Source: the human T2T-CHM13v2.0 reference genome, Homo sapiens
DNA: 64,000 nt
NCBI GenBank assembly: GCA_009914755.4
Contig: CP068257.2
Coordinates: 28,768,001-28,832,000, forward strand
Reading direction: 5' to 3'
Under the pieces are notes generated by a model. The model was not told where the DNA came from. It made no database searches and saw only the letters and a program-made list of their open reading frames with translations. A program made the translations under genes and the position numbers. This document shows positions 53,470 to 64,000 of this stretch, piece by piece. Every line of letters starts with the position of its first letter. The first letter of the stretch is position 1.

Positions 53470-54850
53470 AAATATTACGTGTTGTATTAGTCCATTTGCA
53501 TTGCCATAAATACCTGAGACTGGGTAATTTACAAAGAAAAGAGGTTTACTTAGGCTCATCGTTCTGCAGGCTGCACAAGCATAACAGCAACATCTGCTCA
53601 GCTTCTGGTGAGGGAATCAGGGAGCTGACAATCATGGCAAAAGGCGAAGTGGGAGCAGGCATTGCACATGGCAGGAAAATGAGCATGAGAGAAGGGAGGA
53701 AGAAAGTGAGAAGAGGAAATACCAGACTCCTTTAAACAACCTCACCTGAACTCATTACTATGGAAAGACAACAAACCATTCATAAGGGATCCTCCCCCAT
53801 GACCTCAACACCTCCCACCAGGCCCCACCTCTAACCTTGGGAATCACATTTTAACATGAGATTTGGAGGGGACAAACATCCAAACCATATCATTCTGTCC
53901 CTAACCTCCCAAATTGCCTGTCCTCCTTACATTGCAAAACACAATAATCTGTTTCCAATAGTCCCCAAAGTCTCAACTCCTTCTAGCATCAACTCAGCAA
54001 AAAGTCCAAAGTCTAAAGTCTTATCTGAGACTCAAATTTCTTCCACCTATAAGCCTGTAAGATCAAAAACAAGTTATTTACTTCCAAGATAAAATGGTGG
54101 TATAGGCAATGGGTGAACATTCCCATTCCAAAAGGGAGAAATCAGCCAAAAGAAAGAGACAACAGGCCCCATGCAAGTCTGTAACCCAGAAGGGCAGACA
54201 TTAAACCTTAAAGTTCCAGAATAATCTTCTTTGGCTCCAGGTCCTGGGCACACTGGTGTGAGGAACAGACTCCCAAGGCCTTGGGCAGCTCTGTCTTCAC
54301 GGCTTTGCAGGGTATATAGCCAGCGTGGCTGCTGACAGGTTAGGGTTGAGTGCTTCTGGCTTTTTCAGACATGGGATGCAAGATGCCCATGGATCTACCA
54401 TTCTGGGGGCAGGAGGGCTGTGGTCCCTTCCCCTCTGTGTTATTTTGTCTGTTTTGCTATAAAGAAATACCTGAGGCTAGGTACTTGATAAAGAAAAGAG
54501 GTTTATTTTGGCTTATGGTTCTATAGGCTGTACGAGCATAACACCAGCATCTGACCAGCTTCTGGTGAGGGCAGCAGGGAGCTTACAATCATGGCAGAAG
54601 GGGAAGTGGGAGCAGGCATCACACATGGCAGGAGAGTGAGCATGAGAGAAAGGAGCAAGAGAGCAAGAGGAGGAAGTATTAGGCTCCAACAACCAGCTCT
54701 CAACTGAACTCATTACTATGAGGAAGGCACCAAGCCATTCATGAGGGATCCTCCCCCATGACCCCAACATCTCCCACAAGGCCCCCTATCCAACACTGGG
54801 AATCACATTCAACATGGGATTTGGAGGGAACAAATATCCAAACCATATCA
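53470..54850 (-). mobile_element. MaLR retroelement with both LTRs (LTRs ~53470-53895 and ~54425-54850, MST/THE1-like) and a ~530-bp internal remnant, minus orientation
   Basis: Both LTR copies end (plus strand) …gggaatcacatt(t/c)aacatg(a/g)gatttggagg(g/a)(g/a)acaaa(c/t)atccaaaccatatca, the reverse complement of the tgatatggtttgg…LTR start. They share gtttattt(a/t)ggct(c/t)at(c/g)gttct(g/a)(c/t)aggctg(c/t)ac(a/g)agcataaca(g/c)cagcatctg…cttctggtgaggg. Confidence 0.75.
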
Positions 54851-55164
54851 CATGTATTCAAAGGTGCTGTAGGAAGTCCCAAGAATTAACAATCTACACT
54901 ACTTTTCATTAAGACACTTAGAATCAAATTAAGGAAATAGTAGATGTGCACATAGAACAATACAGCAAATGTGTCAGAGAGAAATTCTATCTCAATCAAT
55001 CAACGTGTCAATAACTTTGAGCAACCATCATGTGTCAGGCACATTCTGCATAGTGAAAAAAGACAGAAAAGTTTCCGGACCTCAGAGAACTTACCAGTGG
55101 CATTATCAGATCTAGTCACTAAAGTAATAATAATCTAATGTGTTCATGCCAGTGTTGGTTTTAG

Positions 55165-55524
<360 letters not shown>

Positions 55525-55903
55525 CATCTCTGTCCCCTTCTTATCTGTGGTATTTCATCCTGACCTTTCTCTTTGACTCTACTAAATTTTAACTAAAAAC
55601 AAAATAGGCTCTTGTAAAAATTAATAGCATCATAATTTAAAGTGAGTCTGGGAAATTCTTTTCACTCACTATACAAAGATATAGCCCAACCCCCCAAACC
55701 ACGTAGATAATCCAAGTGAAAACATAGAGAACATATACTTCACAAGGGTCTGCTTTGTCCCCTGCTTAATACTTAATGCCTCTACAGAGCATGATTCCAG
55801 TCTGTGCCCTAATCGTATTGGCTGAATGCATAAAGAAATGAAGAGTTGGCACACTTCAGAAACTTTCCCAAGTCATGTTTACATTAAGAATGACTTGTGC
55901 CAG

Positions 55904-56298
<395 letters not shown>

Positions 56299-58193
56299 TC
56301 AGGTAAGTAATATTAGAACGTTCATTTTCTTAAAATTCCATATTTTCTTTACAAGTATGAATTATGACAGAAAGTGATGTTGTTTTGTTTTTGTTCTTAA
56401 TAGTGCTAAGCATCTGACTTATTTCTTGAAACCTGTTTTGCAATATTTGGGTCTTATTATAACCTAAGTTGTCAGTCTCTTTAAAACAGGGATCATGTCT
56501 TAAAAGATTCATTTTCCCCCATAGCATCCAGCATGGTGCCTTATGCTTAGTGAAATTCTAATGATTACTTGGTGAGTTGAAATCAATCAAATAATCAGTC
56601 AGTCAAGAAAAACAAAGCCACAATGGTTGAATCATTCAAAATATTAATAAAGAGAATAAAAAAATTATCACTGCAGTCATATCTGTACTCTTGGTAATAT
56701 ACAACCTCATTTGGGGTTGGGCTTATATAAACAATTAGGTGAGGGAGTGCATGTAATTGTGTATAAAAAACCTGTAAGAAACCGCTATATTCAGAAATAC
56801 CTAAAACCACAGTCAAATAAAGACTACAACATATATTATAGCCAAAAATCAAGGGCTATTTGAAGAAACTCACATTGTATTTTTCAACACTTTTTATAGA
56901 TACTATTTCTGCAACTGATATTTATTAAAGAACTACTCTAATTTAAACTCAATACATTTGCAAGTCACTTTCCTTCCTGCTGCACCTTTTCCCCATTTTC
57001 TAAGACAGAAGGACACACAATTATTGATGTAACCAGGTCTCCATGTAAGGCTATAGCCACAGTTGTAGCCAGAATATCCTATCTTTCTTTTCAATAAAAT
57101 AATTTGGAGAGAAACAGCCATGAATATTTAAAAAATTCAAGAATAATCACAATAAAACCTATCAAATTTTAACAAATTAAAATTGGTGTAAAATTAAATA
57201 CATGTCTGCCATAGGAACACAGAAAGAATGAAAAAGAAAAAATAGCTGCTAAAATCTGCTTCAGCCCCTTCTCTGCCTCCATTCTAGTTATCTGTTCCAT
57301 TCCCATTTTCCTCCTCAATGACTCTTCTAGTCATCTGCAAATAACCCCTGTGTCTGATGTTTACTGTTCTTCATTATCGGACACTATTGGCCATCGCCAC
57401 TTCCACTCTACTGAAGTGCTCGTTCAGACTTCACCAGTGCCACCCTCATTATTAAACGTAATAGTTTTTTTCATCACTCTGAAATTTATCTTTCCTTTCT
57501 AAACTGTGTGCTATCGGACTATCTCTCTGCTCCCTACTTAAAACCCTTTTCCCTTGAACTTCTTGTGAAGTGTTTATTTGACCAGGTATCGTCCTGGATC
57601 TTTCCACATCCATCTCACTATAGGTTCTCTGTTTCTATTTCCTTCTATCCAGTCTTCAAATGTGGGCATCTCTCAGAATGGAATAGCAGGCTTTCATTTA
57701 CTTAAAGAATATTCCCTTCCAAGATGATTCCATCTACTTTCCTGTTTTTCACTATCAATTTGGCAGGCAATTAAAAAATTTGCATTTGAAATTTTAACTG
57801 TTCTTCCAAGAAAAGTCCTAAATGTCAGGTAATTAATTCATAAGCATCCCTTGCCACATGCGTTAGCCATCAATATCTCAAATTTTATATCTCAGGCTTG
57901 TTAAAATTTGAACTTATGGTTACATCTCCTTATTGGAATTAATACAAACGATTATTTCAGTTACTATGACTGAGTATCTTGGTATCAGTCTGATATTTAT
58001 CTTTTTGTTAATTTTCGCTACCAATCAGAATCAGATTATTTTATACTACTCCTAAAATGTACCACATAGCCACCCTATCTTTTCATTTAAATTCTACTAT
58101 TTTAAATAGGCCTGTGTGACCTCTAGCTAGGTAATGTTCCAGTAATTTCCCTGTTTCTAATTTCTTTCCACATCAGCTTAGTCTCTGCATTGA

Positions 58194-58528
<335 letters not shown>

Positions 58529-60923
58529 CAAGAGTTGCCTTCTTAAAAAGTCAAGGTATCACCATTCTTCCCCTTAAAGACATTCATTGGGTTGCCAATA
58601 ATAATAGTAACAATAGTAAATATTTCTTGACAACTTAGTATTTGTTAAGACACATGATACACACTTTACTTCAGAAACCAAAAACTGTGGGTCAAAGTGG
58701 GCCTGCATCATTCATCGATTCACTCATCACTCATTTGTTCAGAGTATTTATGAAGCATCTTTGCATGTTAGTCACTGTTCTGTGTTTCTTCAACTGACAT
58801 ATGTTGATTGCTTCAGTATTTTTAAAAATTTGAATAGGTTTCAACATTTTTAAATGGAGAGATTAAAAGATATTTTGCTTAAAAAAAAAAAACAAAAACC
58901 CGTGAGGCACAGTATGACTCTTTCAGGACAGCAATCTATTTAATCTGTAGATATTTTCTTTCACCCTGAGATATTGTTTCCATTTTACTGCAGGTCATCA
59001 CTTTCTTGTGAACTGAGCACTAATGACATTATAATTTTTTAGTATGCTTGCACTACTTTCTATTGTAAACATTCATATTTATTAAGCCATAGTCTCTAAT
59101 AAAACTAATAATAACATTACTAAAAGGGCTCTATATTTTTTAAAAATATGAATGAGAGAACAATTCTTTGTGAAGGAAGAGGATTTCTACCTATTGAATA
59201 TACTAACCAAATGTGTCGCTGTGGAAAATGAATGCAACTTAAGATGCCATTTGAAATTGACATACTGAGACTTTGGGTGTGGCTCCCTTTTACTCATTGG
59301 CTATTATTGTTTAAGCATGCGGTTTGGGATTTGCATGCTCTTTCTTATTTCTCACAACTCTTCATATTAGGTACTAGAAATCAGAAAAAAAAAAAAAAAA
59401 AAACACAAAACATGTCCAAGAACACATACCTAATAATCTTTCAAGCCAGCACTCACGCTTAGCTCTGTTGAAGCCAAAGCCTGTGCTTTTTCATTAGAGT
59501 TCTTTCGTATGATAATCTATGATTTGCTTCCAAGCTACTTTTGCTGATTCATTTCTTCCCGCACTCCAAAATGTTCATTGCTTTCTCCTTATGTAGTACT
59601 TTTATATACTTTACTTTTGTTTGTACCGTTGTTCTCTTTTTAAATGTTGAGACGTTAGACTCTATCCAAGCCTGTTCTTACCTTCCTTCTCCCAGAAGTG
59701 GCCTGCTGTTCTGTGAGAGTGGTGCTTGCATTATGGTAACCATTTTTCTCTTTGTACCATGGGAACTCATCTGTGTTTCCTATGACTTGAGTACAAACTT
59801 CATTAAGTCAGAAAGTCAGCTTGTGGCAGATTTTGTTTTTAACGTAATACAGCATCCAGCCCAATTTTTTTTTTATTACATAGTAGGTACTCCATTAATG
59901 TTTATTGCATTCTACTTAATATAATTAGAGAGGGTTACCTATATAAACAATGTTTCAAGTAATGATTTCTACAATATTGCTCTCCTTTCTAACTTTATGG
60001 CCATTAACAAATATGGAATTACTTGTTACATGACACAATAATCATTGTATGTGTAACCTTCTATTTCTTTAAGAAATAGTGAATGGGTTCTAATGGGATT
60101 AGTGACTGACATTATATTTGGGGTACATGCTTAGTACATGTTCAATGAAATGTGAATTATTGCATCAATAAATAAATATTGAAACTTACAGGTAATCATA
60201 ACTAGTTTAACATTGATGGTGGGGGTCAAAAAGTGTTTGTACTTTTTTGCCAATCCTTCATTGTTTCACTAAAGGAATGAGAATATGGTATACTCAAAGT
60301 GATGACTTTCTGAGACGTTCTACAATTGACTTTTCCTTATGAAAGCAGTGTTGCTAAGCAACACTTGTGCATTGGTATATTTCTTTCCCAAACTTTCTAT
60401 CACAAGGACAGCCCAGGATTTTTTCAATTGTAATCACCGGACTCTCTTGAGAAGTAAACCACAACATAGCCACCAAGCTATGCTTCATAGTTTGCATTGA
60501 ATTTGATGGAAGATGAACACTCCACTTGACCCCCAAATACACAGGTGATTGCCAGCAGGGACAGTTCCAAAGTGCAAATGGAGTATGATTTATGACACAC
60601 GTCAGAAATTACACCAGTTGCTGGTTTTCATTATGTTGCCTAACTCTGATCTGCATGAGGTACCTGCCTTACAAAGGGTATGCACTGGAAGGCTCATAAA
60701 AAATCATGTGTTCTGTTATTGAGACACAACTTCTGTTTCCTTCAAGTTTAAACGTCAAAAATCACCTGGCTGACAAATCTCTTTCTCTAGAATATTGATG
60801 CACTGTACACTAAGACTCTGGCATGCTTCCTCAAGGAAGAATAAGAAAAGATTTTCATATTAAATGTTTCCATTTTCCATGTGCCCTGACATTATACTAT
60901 CCCCTTTTCTTTTAGTTGGCTAA

Positions 60924-61391
<468 letters not shown>

Positions 61392-62149
61392 GTATGTTCT
61401 TAAATATTTCTAATCTGTCATTTATTTTAATGGGAATTGTTCTCAGTAAGGTCCCAAAGATTCTTAGCAAACTAGCAGTGTAGCATAACACACAAAGCAC
61501 GTGAGTCTTGGAAAACTGGGTCGTGAACATCTTAATTTGCAAGAGTTTCTACTTCAGTAGAAATGTCAGGCTTCACAGAACAAAGATTTTAGGCTTAGAA
61601 ATAATGAAAGTTTTCGAAGAGTTTTATTCCAATCATAAAATGGCTCTCAGTTGGTCTATAAGTGATACTTAAAGTAGAAACTCCCAGCCAACTTCAAGTG
61701 TTTGGGCTCCAGAATAATATGATGAGAAACCAGAAGCAGTCTTAGAACACAGCCAGGAGCTCAACTAGGTGATGAGGAAGACAGTGAGTGAATGGAAAGG
61801 TTCTGAAAATGAGTTTCCGAAGTGGTAAGAGATGCCCCCTGGTGTACAGAAGGAATCACTGCAGCCTTTTTTTGCTTTGGTCAGCAACAACAAAAAATGA
61901 CAAAGGTATGTCTATAATCATATCCATATTGGATATTTATAGGGCTTGTTACACGGTGAAAAAGTTATACAGATTCTGTCTACAACCATGATTTTTTCCC
62001 CTTCAAACGCTGTCTTCTTTATAACTCTTTAACAAACACCTCATTTATGTTACCTCTACTGGTGAAATCATCTGCCCTCTAGCAATGCTGAGCCACTTTT
62101 AGCACAGAGAAAGTGGACTTTATGAATCAGAAGATATTGTAAATTAGGA

Positions 62150-62228
62150 AAGCATGTTCTGTGAAGGGCAGCCAATTCTGTGAAAGCATGTTCTGTGAAG
62201 GGCATGTTCTGTGAAGGGCTGCTAATTC
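62150..62228 (+). repeat. Local tandem triplication of a 17-bp unit CATGTTCTGTGAAGGGC
   Basis: aagcatgttctgtgaagggcagccaattctgtgaaagcatgttctgtgaagggcatgttctgtgaagggctgctaattcc read directly. Confidence 0.85.
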
Positions 62229-64000
62229 CCTTTTTCAGAGTTTACTCTCCTTTTGGATTATCCTTTAACATTTTATCCTTCCAAAGCCTAGCTCATCTCC
62301 CATGAAATGCCTTATTCTCCACAGCAGCAGGATTGTAAAATTTACCTTCCTTAGGGTTTGTGGCATTATACAGCTCATGATGAAAGAGATAAAGGTATGA
62401 GGAAGATGAGAGAAAAGTGGCTTCCTTACTTGACTGCTCCCTCTTCACCATATTCCACTAGATTGGGTTCCATTATTTTAACCCTGGATCTTATGAATTT
62501 GCCTTCAATAAAGTGACTTTGTTGTTAATTATCTACTCAGATTATGGCCTTTGTTTAACAACCAAACACAAAGTATTATTGGTATCCATACCATCTAAAA
62601 TTAGGTATACTGAAAACAAATGCTATAGATAACTTCACAATTGCCTTATGCTAGAGGCTCCCTGCATGTTCTAGTAAAAAAAACTGATGATTTCAATCAA
62701 GATCCATTTTTTCTCTCTTTAATTCAGGGTCTTAGAACTCTATTGAGTTTTACCAAACTTATACTCAGTCAGTGAATTACTCTAATTAACCAGTGAAGAC
62801 AACAAACTCAATCTACCATCTCTCTCAGCCCACAACTCATCCAGATATCACTCCTGATGCATGCTTTCTGGCAATAACAAGAAGTAGTAAGAAGAGCAAA
62901 CATGGATTTTAGATCAAGATTCTAATCCTAATTTTACAACCTATTGGCTGTGAGGTCTTGGAAAAGTTACTTAGCCTCTCTGATTCAGTTTCTTTATTCT
63001 TACAATGGGAATCATAATGTTTTCAGAGTTTATGTAAGGCATTTAAAGTATGTGCTTAAATTAAGTAATCAATGGTTGTCCTATTTTGGTATACAATGTT
63101 TCTATTATTATACTTGTCACTTCTAAGTTTCTTAGCATATTTAATGCTAGTTAATCTCATTTCTCTTTTCTCCATCTATATTTTTCTCTCTATTAATTGT
63201 TTTGAACGACTCAATACTTTATAAAGTCACCCATGGACGTTTCAGTACCTTTTACTCAAACAGAAAAAGCAAAGAAGCGGAGAAGTGCACCAAGTGAGAA
63301 CTGACAGAGTTATATAAAATTTTCCTTAGATCTAAAAATTTATACAAATTATCTAGCCCTAATCATGGTACTTCACAGTTTGATAAAAACCCTACTCATC
63401 TAAACAGGAGTTTATTAAACTTAACAGAAGCTGATTTTTAAACACTAAATCAAAGACAAATGTTGTGATTAACTTTCAGTGAGCAATTAGGTAAATATGA
63501 GAAACTAGTAAACTCCTTGTTTCCTACCCATTGTATGACAAGGGTAAAAGCAATTTAACAAAATATTTCTTTTGTTTCCTTTGTACTTCTCAGTTTGATG
63601 ACTGAAGATTCAATTCTCTTCCTTTAGAGACTCAAAGAAAATACACAGGAGGGGATACATTTGAAATTATACCTTCAAAATGTCAGTGACACTAACTGAT
63701 GAACACTTAAGCAGAAACAATCAACTTTAATACTTTTCAACACATATAAAAATATATTCCTGTTTTATTTCTTTCTTGATTTTAGGTTAGATTCTTAAAA
63801 TCCTTTCAGCCACATTATCTGCATTCAACAAGGAATATATTCCTTTCAATATTGATACAGATGAAGATTGACACAAATATGTTAAATGGCCTGCAGGGAT
63901 AGTCTTCACATATAAGGAAGAAAGTTTAAAGTCAGATGTAAATACGCATGTGCATTTGTTCAAACATCAACACTTTACTTGATATTTACAAAACTGAGGA

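Noticed and set aside
59541-59924. 127-aa hydrophobic ORF (MLIHFFPHSKMFIAFSLCSTFIYFTFVCTVVLFLNV…) that could look like a small membrane protein
   Set aside because: AT-rich intergenic sequence gives Phe/Leu/Ile-rich frames by chance. There is no TATA, splice or poly-A evidence and no similarity to the KAP families expected in this cluster.

Overview
This window is human genomic DNA, not prokaryotic. It is AT-rich and CpG-depleted, carries 15 or more Alu elements (several with intact CpGs, poly-A tails and target-site duplications), LINE-1 ORF1/ORF2 remnants, MaLR/THE1-type LTRs, and three intronless high-sulfur keratin-associated-protein (KRTAP) genes plus one KRTAP13 pseudogene. I match the translated ORFs, from memory, to the type-I KRTAP domain on chromosome 21q22.11. 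Gene order and spacing are KRTAP13-3 (-), KRTAP13-4 (+), a KRTAP13 pseudogene (-) and KRTAP15-1 (+), arranged as two head-to-head pairs with a conserved TATA-containing promoter block. About 80% of the window is interspersed repeat. I see no CRISPR array, operon, defence island or other compact 'system', and no tRNA or rRNA genes. The most interesting observations are small-scale. (1) A 70-bp inverted duplication of the KRTAP13-3 C-terminal coding segment lies in its own 3'UTR and is itself nested in a foldback unit. (2) A 5.25-kb non-coding LTR retroelement with two LTRs, direct-repeat flanks and an Arg-tRNA-like primer-binding site is inserted into a LINE-1 ORF2 and itself carries an Alu. 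(3) A local 120-bp duplication has one copy carrying a templated hairpin insertion. (4) There is an AT-rich palindrome. (5) Several very young AluY copies are candidates for polymorphic insertions. (6) The KRTAP13 pseudogene has lost its ATG but kept its promoter. Gene symbols rest on recall of KRTAP protein sequences, not on a database search, and all coordinates are approximate to a few bp.
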